Shown here piece after piece: positions 9,872 to 19,541 of a DNA stretch of 64,000 nt; position 1 is the first letter of the stretch; every line of letters starts with the position of its first letter. The DNA lies in assembly GCA_902767845.1 (NCBI GenBank), contig CACXIV010000002.1, positions 23,177-87,176 of the forward strand, read 5' to 3'. The notes under the pieces are model-generated. The model had not been told where the DNA came from. It did not search any database and saw only the letters and a list, made by a program, of their open reading frames with translations. Position numbers and translations under genes: made by a program. The DNA is from an uncultured Ruminococcus sp. GTDB lineage: Bacteria > Bacillota > Clostridia > Oscillospirales > Acutalibacteraceae.

Positions 9872-10798
9872 ATGTCAGAATTTTTACCCGAAGGAAAACT
9901 GATCAACGACAGAGAAAACCAATATTTCCTCAGCTCCCTGCCGGGCTTGAGGGAAGCTATGAGAACGCGCAGAATCCTTGAGGCGACAGCCGTTATGTGC
10001 GACTCATGCCATAACCTGACCGTGCAGTCAAACGGCTTCAGAGGAGTGATCCCGCGCGAGGAGGGCGCGCTTGGGATCAGGGACGGAAGCGTGCGCGACA
10101 TCGCGGTGATCTCGCGCGTCAACCGCCCGGTCTGCTTTGTCGTTACCGACATAAAGACCGACCAAAGCGGCAGGGAATACCCAGTGCTCTCGCGCGAAAA
10201 AGCGCAGAAAATGTGCATTGAGGGGTACATATCAAAGCTGAGGCGCGGAGATATAGTCAGCGCGAGGATAACCCACCTCGAGAGCTTCGGAGCGTTCGCG
10301 GACATAGGCTGCGGCATTGTAGCGCTGATGCCGATCGACTCGATCTCCGTCTCGCGTATCGAGCACCCGAACGAGCGATTCTGCGTCGGTATGGAGATAA
10401 AGGCGGTTATAAAGTCGATCGAAAACGGCAGGATAAGCCTCAGCCACAAGGAGCTGCTCGGGACATGGGAGCAGAACGCCGTCAACTTCCGCGCCGGCGA
10501 GACCGTGTCGGGAACAGTGCGCAGCGTTGAAAACTACGGCGCATTTGTAGAGCTCGCACCCAACCTCGCCGGACTCGCCGAGAGCAAGGAGGGCGTCAGG
10601 GCAGGTCAGCAGGCGAGCGTTTACATCAAGAGCATAATCCCGGAAAAAATGAAGATAAAGCTGATAATCATCGATACCTTCGACAGCCGCCGCTCCCCCT
10701 CTCCGCCCGAATATTACTACGAGGGAGATCATATCGACAGGTTTTTGTACTCTCCCGAGGGCTGCAAAAAGGTCGTCGAGAGCGTTTTCGACCGGTAA
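9872..10798 (+). CDS. Multi-S1-domain RNA-binding protein
   Basis: Repeated S1 motifs (ITHLESFGAFADIG, VRSVENYGAFVEL). Confidence 0.85.
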   Translation: MSEFLPEGKLINDRENQYFLSSLPGLREAMRTRRILEATAVMCDSCHNLTVQSNGFRGVIPREEGALGIRDGSVRDIAVISRVNRPVCFVVTDIKTDQSGREYPVLSREKAQKMCIEGYISKLRRGDIVSARITHLESFGAFADIGCGIVALMPIDSISVSRIEHPNERFCVGMEIKAVIKSIENGRISLSHKELLGTWEQNAVNFRAGETVSGTVRSVENYGAFVELAPNLAGLAESKEGVRAGQQASVYIKSIIPEKMKIKLIIIDTFDSRRSPSPPEYYYEGDHIDRFLYSPEGCKKVVESVFDR

Positions 10799-10875
10799 CG
10801 ATACTTGATCGAGCCTTTCGGCATTTGACAAACCGCGCGCACGTGTGATAGAATTATCCCATAAAAAACTATGGG

Positions 10876-12204
10876 GTGAAAATTATGGATATCGCCGCAA
10901 TTTCAGCCGTAATATCAGGCGCGCTGACGCTAATTCTTCTTATCGCGCTGATAATAATTGTTCTTAAAAAGAATAATACGTCCGAAGATAATACCGCGCA
11001 GATAACCGAAGCGGTAAAACGCGAGGTGCTGCCGGCGGTCAGGGATGAGATCTCAAGGCAGAACAGCTCGCTCAGGCAGGAGCTGAGCGCTCAGACACAG
11101 ACCTCTGTCAAGACGATGGGCGACCTTCTCTCGGAAAACCAGCGGAGCTTTTCTCAGCAGCAGTCCGAAAAGCTAAACGCGCTCGAGGTCAGGTTCAAGA
11201 CCTTCTCCGAATCGACCGAGCAAAAGCTCGAAAACATAAGACAGTCGACCGAAAAGCAGCTCGAGGCGAACCGTCAGACCACCGAAAAGCAGCTTGAAAA
11301 GCTGCAAAACGACAACAGCGTCAAGCTTGAGGAGATGCGCAGAACAGTCGACGAAAAGCTGCAAAAAACGCTTGAGGAAAAGATGAATCAGAGCTTTTCG
11401 CTCGTCAACCAAAGGCTTGAACAGGTTTACAAAGGACTCGGCGAAATGCAGACCCTCGCGGTTGGCGTCGGCGATCTCAAAAAGGTGCTCTCAAACGTAA
11501 AGACAAGGGGCATACTCGGCGAGATACAGCTCGGCAGCATACTGACCGAGATACTCTCCCCCGAGCAGTATGAGGAAAACATCGCCACAAAAAAGGGCTC
11601 AAAGAACGTTGTTGAGTTCGCGATCAAGCTGCCTGCCGAGGACGACAGCTTCATTTACCTGCCGATCGACTCCAAATTCCCCGGCGACACCTACGCCGCC
11701 CTGCGCAGCGCCGTTGACGACGGCGACAAAGAGAAGATCGAGCTTTGCGCCAAGGCGCTTCTCGCCACGATCAGAAGCGAGGCAAGGGATATCCGCGACA
11801 AGTACATCGATCCGCCCAACACCACGGAGTTTGCCATTATGTTCCTGCCGTTTGAGGGCTTGTACAGCGAGGTCGTCAACCGCGGCATGGTCGAGGAGCT
11901 GCAGCGCAAATACAAGGTGAACATAGCCGGCCCCAGCACCATGGCAGCCCTGCTGAACTCGCTGCAGATGGGCTTCAAGACCCTTGCCGTCCAGAAAAGG
12001 AGCTCTGAGGTATGGGATCTGCTCGGCTCCGTCAAGCAGGAGTTCGACAAGTTCAACGACGTGCTTACCGCGACCCAGCTCAGGCTCGATCAGGCTAACA
12101 AGGAGCTTGACAAGCTCGTAGGCGTGCGCACAAGGCAGATACAGCGCAAGCTTAAAGACGTCCAGTCGCCGACGGTACTGACGGACTTTTCCGAAGAAAG
12201 CTGA
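10876..12204 (+). CDS. rmuC: DNA recombination protein RmuC
   Basis: N-terminal TM plus coiled coil; KTRGILGEIQL, PIDSKFP, AIMFLPFEGLY. Confidence 0.92.
   Translation: MKIMDIAAISAVISGALTLILLIALIIIVLKKNNTSEDNTAQITEAVKREVLPAVRDEISRQNSSLRQELSAQTQTSVKTMGDLLSENQRSFSQQQSEKLNALEVRFKTFSESTEQKLENIRQSTEKQLEANRQTTEKQLEKLQNDNSVKLEEMRRTVDEKLQKTLEEKMNQSFSLVNQRLEQVYKGLGEMQTLAVGVGDLKKVLSNVKTRGILGEIQLGSILTEILSPEQYEENIATKKGSKNVVEFAIKLPAEDDSFIYLPIDSKFPGDTYAALRSAVDDGDKEKIELCAKALLATIRSEARDIRDKYIDPPNTTEFAIMFLPFEGLYSEVVNRGMVEELQRKYKVNIAGPSTMAALLNSLQMGFKTLAVQKRSSEVWDLLGSVKQEFDKFNDVLTATQLRLDQANKELDKLVGVRTRQIQRKLKDVQSPTVLTDFSEES
11212..11310 (+). repeat. Three imperfect 33-bp tandem repeats within rmuC
   Basis: STEQKLENIRQ / STEKQLEANRQ / TTEKQLEKLQN. 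Confidence 0.6.
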
Positions 12205-12213
12205 ATAAACGAT

Positions 12214-12253
12214 AGCCTCCCCTGCGGCTCAACGCCGCTGAGGAGGCTTTTTT
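12214..12253 (+). terminator. Intrinsic terminator between rmuC and uvrA
   Basis: AGCCTCC..GCGGC-loop-GCCGC..GGAGGCT then TTTTT. Confidence 0.75.
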
Positions 12254-12266
12254 GCTTTTAAATCTT

Positions 12267-15095
12267 TTATTTATCGGTGAGCATAGCCTTTAGGTATTCG
12301 CCGGTGAACGAGCCCTTTGTTGCCGCTACCTGCTCGGGAGTGCCCTTGGCTATCACCCTTCCGCCCATATCGCCGCCCTCGGGACCGAGGTCGATGATGT
12401 GGTCGGCTGTCTTTATCAGGTCGAGATTATGCTCTATGACCACTACCGTATTGCCGCCGTCAACCAGAAGCTGCAAAACGTCAACCAGCCTGTGGACGTC
12501 AGCGATATGCAGACCCGTGGTGGGCTCGTCGAGGATATAAACGGTCTTGCCGGTGCTGCGCTTCGACAATTCGGAGGCGAGCTTGACGCGCTGCGCCTCG
12601 CCTCCCGAAAGAGTAGTGGCAGGCTGTCCGAGCTTGATATACCCGAGCCCGACGTCGAACAGCGTTTTTAGCTTGCGGCGGAGCTTTGGGATATTCTCAA
12701 AGAACCCCATCGCCTCCTCGACGGTCATCTCGAGCACCTCGCTGATGTTCTTGCCCTTGTACCTGACCTCGAGCGTCTCGCGATTATAGCGCTTGCCCTT
12801 GCAGACCTCGCACGGCACGTAAACATCCGAGAGGAAGTGCATCTCTATCTTGATTATTCCGTCGCCCTGGCAAGCCTCGCACCTGCCGCCCTTGACGTTG
12901 AACGAGAACCTGCTCTGCGAAAAGCCCCTCATTTTGGCGTCCTGAGTAGAAGCGAACAGCGCGCGGATGTCCGTGAACAAGCCCGTGTAGGTCGCGGGAT
13001 TCGAGCGCGGAGTCCTGCCGATCGGGCTTTGGTCTATCTCTATGACCTTGTCGAGGTTTTCGACGCCCTTTATCTCCTTGTGCTTTCCCGAAATCGTCTT
13101 GGCGCGGTTCAGCTCGCGCGCGAGGGTCTTGTAAAGCACCTCGTTGATAAGCGAGCTTTTGCCCGAGCCCGAAACGCCTGTTACGCAGACGAACTCACCG
13201 AGCGGTATTTTTACGTTGATATTTTTCAGATTATTCTCCGCGGCACCGATAATCTCGAGATATTTACCGTTGCCCTTCCTCCTTTTTTCGGGGACGGGAA
13301 CGCTCCGCCTGCCGCTGAGATACTGACCCGTAACGCTTTTTTCGCACGCCTTGATATCTTCGACCGTACCGGTGCAGACGATCTCTCCGCCGTGGATACC
13401 GGCTCCGGGACCGACGTCCACAATGCAGTCCGCGGCATACATGGTCTCCTCGTCGTGCTCGACCACGATCACGGTGTTGCCGAGGTCGCGCAGGCGCTTT
13501 AGAGTGTTCAAAAGCTTTTCGTTATCGCGCTGATGGAGTCCAATGCTCGGCTCGTCGAGGATATACAGCACGCCCATCAGCGAGCTGCCGATCTGGGTCG
13601 CGAGGCGTATCCTCTGGCTCTCGCCGCCCGAAAGCGTGCCCGAGCTTCTCGCCAGAGTAAGGTAGCCGAGTCCGACGCTCTTCAAAAAGTTCAGCCGCTC
13701 GGTTATCTCCTTTATGATCTCGGCGCCGATAAGTTTTTCCTTTTCGCTGAGCTCAAGTCCGCCGATAAACCCGAGCGCGTCAACTACTGACTTTTTGCAA
13801 AGATCAGAAATATTGATACCGCCCACCGTAACGGCGAGACTCTCCTTGCTCAGTCTTTCTCCCCGGCACTCGTCGCAGGGTATCTCGGTCATATACGAGC
13901 GGATCTCGTCCTTTATCCAGTTGCTCGAGGTCTCGCGGTAGCGCCTGTCGAGGTTGTTGATTATCCCCTCGAACGGCTGTTTATATGTGCCGCTGCCGTA
14001 GGCAGACTTGCGCTCGATCGTGAGCTCCTCGCCGCCGGTGCCGTACAAAATTTTGTCGACGGTCTGATCGGGGATATCGCCGACCGGCTGATCGAGGCTG
14101 AATTTGTATCTGCGCGCGAGCGCCTCCATATACATAGCCGCTATCGAGCTGCCCTCCATAGCCCAGCCGCTGCCCTTTATGGCGCCCTCGCGTATGCTTT
14201 TATTCCTGTCGGGAATTATTTTGTCCTCATCTATCTTCATGAACACGCCCAAGCCCGTGCATTTTGGGCAGGCTCCGAAGGGATTGTTGAAGGAGAACAT
14301 CCTCGGGGTCAGCTCGTCTATGCTGATGCCGTGCTCGGGACAGGCGTACTTCTGCGAAAAGGTCACGTCCTCTCCGCCGTCAAAATTCAACAGAACAAGG
14401 CCGCCGCTCAGCTTTGACGCGGTCTCTATACTGTCGGAAAGGCGCGAGGTGATCTCGGGCTTGATGACGAGGCGGTCTACGACGACCTCTATATTATGCT
14501 TTTTATTTTTCTCTATTGGAATTTTCTCCTGCAAATCGTAGATTATCCCGTCGACTCTTACGCGCACAAAGCCCGACTTCCGCGCGGAATCGAGAGTTTT
14601 AGCGTGTTCTCCCTTTCTTCCGCGGACTACGGGCGACATTACCTGTATCTTGGTGCGCTCGGGGTACTCCATTATTTTATCGACGATCTGGTCGACGGTC
14701 TGCTGGCGAATCTCCCTGCCGCAGACGGTGCAGTGCGGCACTCCGATCCTCGCGTAAAGCAGGCGCAGATAGTCGTATATCTCGGTAACGGTGCCTACCG
14801 TTGAACGCGGATTTTTTGAGGTTGTCTTTTGATCTATCGAGATCGCCGGCGACAGCCCCTCGATGCTCTCGACGTTCGGCTTGTCCATCTGCCCCAAAAA
14901 CATCCTGGCGTAGCTTGAAAGGCTCTCAACATACCTGCGCTGACCCTCGGCGTAAATCGTGTCGAAGGCGAGCGAGCTTTTGCCCGAGCCGGAAAGCCCC
15001 GTTATGACTACGAGCTTATTTCGCGGGATCTCCGCGTCGATATTTTTCAGGTTGTGCTCCCTTGCTCCCCTGACTATGATCTTATCGTGTGCCAT
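12267..15095 (-). CDS. uvrA: Excinuclease ABC subunit A
   Basis: [18 protein letters not shown], zinc fingers, second GVSGSGKS; ATG 15095 with GGAG SD. Confidence 0.98.
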   Translation of the reverse strand: MAHDKIIVRGAREHNLKNIDAEIPRNKLVVITGLSGSGKSSLAFDTIYAEGQRRYVESLSSYARMFLGQMDKPNVESIEGLSPAISIDQKTTSKNPRSTVGTVTEIYDYLRLLYARIGVPHCTVCGREIRQQTVDQIVDKIMEYPERTKIQVMSPVVRGRKGEHAKTLDSARKSGFVRVRVDGIIYDLQEKIPIEKNKKHNIEVVVDRLVIKPEITSRLSDSIETASKLSGGLVLLNFDGGEDVTFSQKYACPEHGISIDELTPRMFSFNNPFGACPKCTGLGVFMKIDEDKIIPDRNKSIREGAIKGSGWAMEGSSIAAMYMEALARRYKFSLDQPVGDIPDQTVDKILYGTGGEELTIERKSAYGSGTYKQPFEGIINNLDRRYRETSSNWIKDEIRSYMTEIPCDECRGERLSKESLAVTVGGINISDLCKKSVVDALGFIGGLELSEKEKLIGAEIIKEITERLNFLKSVGLGYLTLARSSGTLSGGESQRIRLATQIGSSLMGVLYILDEPSIGLHQRDNEKLLNTLKRLRDLGNTVIVVEHDEETMYAADCIVDVGPGAGIHGGEIVCTGTVEDIKACEKSVTGQYLSGRRSVPVPEKRRKGNGKYLEIIGAAENNLKNINVKIPLGEFVCVTGVSGSGKSSLINEVLYKTLARELNRAKTISGKHKEIKGVENLDKVIEIDQSPIGRTPRSNPATYTGLFTDIRALFASTQDAKMRGFSQSRFSFNVKGGRCEACQGDGIIKIEMHFLSDVYVPCEVCKGKRYNRETLEVRYKGKNISEVLEMTVEEAMGFFENIPKLRRKLKTLFDVGLGYIKLGQPATTLSGGEAQRVKLASELSKRSTGKTVYILDEPTTGLHIADVHRLVDVLQLLVDGGNTVVVIEHNLDLIKTADHIIDLGPEGGDMGGRVIAKGTPEQVAATKGSFTGEYLKAMLTDK

Positions 15096-15196
15096 ATGCT
15101 TATTCTCCGTTAAGGCGATACCTCCCGACATGAGGCGGCGCCGTGATATTACGTAATTATTCTACCACAGATCTTTTAAAAAATCAATAATTTTCT

Positions 15197-15210
15197 CGAA
15201 AGTTAGTTCG
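15197..15210 (-). promoter_or_regulatory. LexA (SOS/Cheo) box upstream of uvrA
   Basis: CGAAAGTTAGTTCG versus consensus CGAAC-N4-GTTCG; just upstream of TTGATT-17-TAGAAT promoter (15187-15159). Confidence 0.7.
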
Positions 15211-15255
15211 AGTTTCGGGCGTAAAGCTCGGGGCAGTCAAAGACCGCCCCGAAGA

Positions 15256-16692
15256 CTATGCCAAATGCAGTATATTTATCAACAGGATCCAGCTGAGCCC
15301 GTAGTAGGTGACTACCGCGACAAGGTCGTTCACGGTGGTGATGAGCGGACCCGAAGCGACCGCGGGGTCGACCTTTATCCGCTTGAAAAACAGCGGTATA
15401 AGGGTTCCGACGGCGCTTGATACGACCATAGCGACCAGCAGCGCCGTGCCGATGCAGCCCGACACCGCGAACGAAAAGCCGAAATCATGGTGCTTGATGA
15501 GCATGATGTACAGTCCCACAAAGATTATCGAGACCGAGCCGAGGATGATACCGTTGAACAGCCCGACCCGTGTTTCTTTGAGGACGAGTCTTAGCTTCTG
15601 TCCGAAGCTGAGGTTTTCGTCGACCAGCACCCTGATAGTCACCGCGAGCGACTGGGTGCCGACGTTACCTGCCATATCGAGTATCAGCGACTGGAACGCC
15701 ATTATCAGCGTGAGCTGTGCAACCACCTGCTCGAACACCCCAACCACCGAGGATACGAGCAGCCCGAGTCCGAGCAGGGCGATAAGCCACGGCAGACGCT
15801 TTCTTATGCTCATGATCAGCGGCTCCTTGATATCCTCCTCAGCGGTAAGACCTGCCAGCCTCGCGTAGTCCTCGCCCATCTCGTCGTCGACTACCTCGAT
15901 CAGGCTCTGGGCGGTGATAACGCCGAGCAGTGAATTTGAGTTATCGAGCACCGGGATCGAAGCCTCGGAATAATCCTTAAGCTTTTCTATACAGTCGTCA
16001 ATGCTCTCGTGCGCGTAAACATACGGGAACGAGGTGACTATCAGCTCCTCGAGCGGAACGTCGCTCTCCGCCGTGATAAGATCCTTCAGGTCGATCGCGC
16101 CGTAGTATTCTTCGTTCTCGTCGGTGACGAAGATAGTAGTGATATTGTCGTTTTTCTTAGCCTGAGAAACAAGCTCCCTCATAGCCTCTTTGACGCTCAG
16201 GTTCTCGCGGATCACAATGCAGTTGGTCGTCATCTTGCTTCCGATCTCGTCGTCGTCGAACGAGGCGATCAGCCTGATGTCCTTTTTGACCTCGGGGTTT
16301 AGCTCCTCGATGATCAGCAGGCGCTTTTCCTTGCCGATCTCCATAAGGATATCGGCTGCGGCGTCCGTCTCGAGATTGGAAACGACCTTTGCCGCCTTTT
16401 TGAGATCCATCTCGTCAAGATATTTTCCCGCCTCGTCCTCGTCGAGCCTTTCGAGCGCGTCCGAGAGCATATCCGCTCCGAGTATGCGGTAAAGCTTTTT
16501 TCGCTCCTGCAGCGTCAGGCTGTCCATTGCCTGAGCAATATCGCTTCCGTGGTAATCCTCAAGCTTCGCGAGCGCCGCCTTGGGCGAGTAATTGCCCCTG
16601 ATGACGCGGATTATCTCGCTTTCGTAATTGGGCTTCTCGACCATGGCGAGAGCCTCGTCGTTTGTATCAACAATTATTTTTTCCTTTGCCAT
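15256..16692 (-). CDS. mgtE: Magnesium transporter MgtE
   Basis: MgtE N-domain, CBS pair, AGNVGTQS, DPAVASGPLITTVND. Confidence 0.95.
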   Translation of the reverse strand: MAKEKIIVDTNDEALAMVEKPNYESEIIRVIRGNYSPKAALAKLEDYHGSDIAQAMDSLTLQERKKLYRILGADMLSDALERLDEDEAGKYLDEMDLKKAAKVVSNLETDAAADILMEIGKEKRLLIIEELNPEVKKDIRLIASFDDDEIGSKMTTNCIVIRENLSVKEAMRELVSQAKKNDNITTIFVTDENEEYYGAIDLKDLITAESDVPLEELIVTSFPYVYAHESIDDCIEKLKDYSEASIPVLDNSNSLLGVITAQSLIEVVDDEMGEDYARLAGLTAEEDIKEPLIMSIRKRLPWLIALLGLGLLVSSVVGVFEQVVAQLTLIMAFQSLILDMAGNVGTQSLAVTIRVLVDENLSFGQKLRLVLKETRVGLFNGIILGSVSIIFVGLYIMLIKHHDFGFSFAVSGCIGTALLVAMVVSSAVGTLIPLFFKRIKVDPAVASGPLITTVNDLVAVVTYYGLSWILLINILHLA

Positions 16693-16741
16693 AGCTTCCC
16701 CTCCGTTCGGTTATTATTGCGTAGAAACGGTAAAAGGGCAT

Positions 16742-16771
16742 AAAAATACCCCCTGCGGTACGCGCAGAGGA
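16742..16771 (-). terminator. Attenuator-type terminator in the mgtE leader
   Basis: Minus strand CCTCTGCG-CGTAC-CGCAGGGG then TATTTTT, ~50 nt before mgtE ATG. Confidence 0.6.
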
Positions 16772-16797
16772 AAATACGGCGATCCAATCAGCCGCGG

Positions 16798-16881
16798 TCA
16801 TGCTCCCGACAGCGAGCTGCTCCGCGGATAATCGCATTGTCGTATTCGCCCTCCGGGACCGTAACTGTCGCTGTTAGTCAC
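16798..16881 (-). CDS. Putative mgtE leader peptide, 27 aa (MTNSDSYGPGGRIRQCDYPRSSSLSGA)
   Basis: Strong SD GAGGTG 6 nt before GTG; downstream of TTGACT-17-TAATAT promoter (16942-16914). Confidence 0.55.
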   Translation of the reverse strand: MTNSDSYGPGGRIRQCDYPRSSSLSGA

Positions 16882-17049
16882 ATAACTCACCTCGCTTGCT
16901 GTTTTATGGTTCTATATTATCACAGAATGACAGAAAAGTCAATCAAAAGCGGCGGTTCAAAGGGGATCAAACTATGCTCAAAACTGTTGCCATAAAGTCA
17001 AAAATATGGTAGAATGATTTTATATATATAATTTGAAAACGGAGTAATT

Positions 17050-19398
17050 ATGAGTACGCTTAAAAATGTTAAAATCGGAGAAACCGTGCGCGTCACAAGG
17101 CTGAACGGCGAGGGCGCGCTGCGGCAGCACTTTTTGGATATGGGCGTGATACCGGGCGCCAAGATAACCGTGGTGAAGTACGCGCCGATGGGCGATCCCG
17201 TGGAGCTGCTGATCCACGGCTACAAGCTGACGCTCAGGCTCGACGACGCCGCGCTTATCGAGGTCGAACCGACTTTGGAAAACGCTCAGACTACCGCGCA
17301 AAGGAAAAGGCGCAAAAAGACGAGCCACCCCGGACTCGGCGAGGGCGGCAGGTTCCACCCGAAGGGCAGCGGAAATCCCCTTCCCGAGGGCACCGAGCTG
17401 ACCTTCGCGCTTGTCGGTAATCAAAACTGCGGAAAAACCACGCTGTTCAACCAGCTTACGGGCTCCAACCAGCACGTCGGCAACTTTCCGGGAGTCACGG
17501 TCGACCGCAAGGACGGCGTTATAAAGGGTCATCCCGACACGCTCGTCACCGACCTGCCGGGGATTTACTCGATGTCGCCGTATTCGAGCGAGGAGATAGT
17601 ATCGCGAAACTTTGTGCTCGAGCAAAAACCAAAGGCGATAATCAATATCGTAGACGCCACAAATATCGAGCGCAACCTTTACCTGACAATGCAGCTCCTT
17701 GAAACGGACGTCCCGATGGTAGTCGCGATAAACATGATGGACGAGCTGACATCAAACGGCGGCTCGATCGACGTTAACGAGATGGAGCTGATGCTCGGAG
17801 TGCCGGTGGTGCCGATCTCCGCGGCGAAGAACGAGGGCGTTGACGAGCTCGTACGCCACGCCGTACACATCGCCCATTATCAGGAAAAGCCGGTGGAGCA
17901 GGATTTCTGCGACTCCGACTTCAACGGCGGCGCCGTCCACCGCGCCCTGCACGGAATCAGCCATCTGATCGAGGATCACGCTAAAAAGGCGGACATCCCC
18001 CTGCGCTTTGCCGCGAGCAAGGTCATAGAGGGCGACAAGCTGATAATAAAGCAGCTCGGGCTTGAGCAAAACGAGATCGAGATGATAGAGCATATCGTTT
18101 TGCAGATGGAAAAGGAGCGCGGGCTCGACCGCGCGGCTTCGATGGCGGACATGCGCTTCGCTTTTATCAAAAAGGTCTGCGAGCGCGCGGTTACTAAGCC
18201 GAAGGTCAGCAAAGAAAGCCTCCGCTCCGAAAAAATTGACAAGATCCTGACCGGCAAATACACCGCCGTGCCTATGTTTATCCTGATAATGGGCGCGGTG
18301 TTCTTCCTAACCTTCAACGTGATCGGCGGCAGCCTGCAAAGGCTGCTCGGGTGGGAGATCGACAGTCTTACCGGGGCGGTCGATTCCGCGCTTACGGCGG
18401 CAAACGTCAACGAAGTCATACACGGCCTTGTGATCGAAGGGATATTCACCGGAGTCGGCAGCGTGCTTAGCTTTTTGCCGATAATCGTCACGCTGTTTTT
18501 CTTCCTCTCTCTGCTTGAGGACAGCGGATACATAGCGCGCGTCGCCTTCTTTATGGATAAGCTGCTGCGCAAAATCGGGCTTTCGGGCAGGAGCATAGTG
18601 CCTCTGCTCATAGGCTTTGGATGCACGGTTCCGGCGGTGATGTCAACGCGCACCCTGCCGAGCGAGCGCGACAGAAAAATGACTATCCTGCTCACCCCGT
18701 TTATGAGCTGCTCGGCAAAAATGCCGATATACGCGTTTTTTGTCGACGCGTTTTTTCCCTCTCACAAATGGCTGATCATGCTCGGGCTTTACCTGCTCGG
18801 TATCATGCTCGGGATAGCGGCGGCGCTGGTTTTCAAAAGCACGCTGTTCAAGGGCGGCGCCGTGCCGTTCGTTATGGAGCTGCCTAATTACCGCCTGCCG
18901 GGGATCCGCAACGTCTCCCAGCTTTTGTGGGAAAAGGCAAAGGACTTTTTATCGCGCGCTTTCACCGTGATACTGATAGCGACGATAATCATTTGGCTGC
19001 TGCAGAGCTTTGACCTGCACTTCAACCTTGTGCAAAACCGCGGCGACAGCATTTTGGCGACGATATCGGGACTGCTTGTGCCGGTAATGAAGCCGCTCGG
19101 TCTCGGCGACTGGCGGATATGCACCTCGCTGATAAGCGGATTCATGGCAAAGGAGAGCGTGGTATCGACCTTTAACGTGCTGTTCGGAGGCGACATAACC
19201 ACCGTAATGAGCTCCGCCTCGGCGGCGGCGATGCTCGTATTCTCGCTTCTGTACACCCCCTGCATAGCAGCGGTGACCTCTGTCAGGCGCGAGCTCGGGA
19301 TAAAGTGGGCGGCAGGCGTGGTAGTATGGCAATGCTTTATCGCGTGGGTCGCCGCGAGCGTAATACACCTTATAATGATACTTACGGTAGGCGGTTGA
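17050..19398 (+). CDS. feoB: FeoA-FeoB fusion ferrous iron transporter
   Basis: N-terminal FeoA (APMGDPV), GNQNCGKT, VGNFPGVT, DLPG, gate GFGCTVP, LYTPC. Confidence 0.95.
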   Translation: MSTLKNVKIGETVRVTRLNGEGALRQHFLDMGVIPGAKITVVKYAPMGDPVELLIHGYKLTLRLDDAALIEVEPTLENAQTTAQRKRRKKTSHPGLGEGGRFHPKGSGNPLPEGTELTFALVGNQNCGKTTLFNQLTGSNQHVGNFPGVTVDRKDGVIKGHPDTLVTDLPGIYSMSPYSSEEIVSRNFVLEQKPKAIINIVDATNIERNLYLTMQLLETDVPMVVAINMMDELTSNGGSIDVNEMELMLGVPVVPISAAKNEGVDELVRHAVHIAHYQEKPVEQDFCDSDFNGGAVHRALHGISHLIEDHAKKADIPLRFAASKVIEGDKLIIKQLGLEQNEIEMIEHIVLQMEKERGLDRAASMADMRFAFIKKVCERAVTKPKVSKESLRSEKIDKILTGKYTAVPMFILIMGAVFFLTFNVIGGSLQRLLGWEIDSLTGAVDSALTAANVNEVIHGLVIEGIFTGVGSVLSFLPIIVTLFFFLSLLEDSGYIARVAFFMDKLLRKIGLSGRSIVPLLIGFGCTVPAVMSTRTLPSERDRKMTILLTPFMSCSAKMPIYAFFVDAFFPSHKWLIMLGLYLLGIMLGIAAALVFKSTLFKGGAVPFVMELPNYRLPGIRNVSQLLWEKAKDFLSRAFTVILIATIIIWLLQSFDLHFNLVQNRGDSILATISGLLVPVMKPLGLGDWRICTSLISGFMAKESVVSTFNVLFGGDITTVMSSASAAAMLVFSLLYTPCIAAVTSVRRELGIKWAAGVVVWQCFIAWVAASVIHLIMILTVGG

Positions 19399-19539
19399 AT
19401 GAATATTTGGGATATACTTGTCATCGCGCTGATCGCGGCAGCTGCCGCGGCTGCGGCGATAGTGATAATAAAAAGAAAAAAGCGCGGCTGCGGCGGTTGC
19501 TGCGACAACTGCTGCGCGGACTGTAAATACAGGAAGTAA
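19399..19539 (+). CDS. FeoB-associated Cys-rich small membrane protein (46 aa)
   Basis: Hand-translated MNIWDILVIALIAAAAAAAAIVIIKRKKRGCGGCCDNCCADCKYRK; abuts feoB stop. Confidence 0.85.
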   Translation: MNIWDILVIALIAAAAAAAAIVIIKRKKRGCGGCCDNCCADCKYRK

Positions 19540-19541
19540 TT

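Noticed and set aside
16693-16900. M-box (ykoK) riboswitch
   Set aside because: Expected by context, but I could not find its conserved sequence blocks
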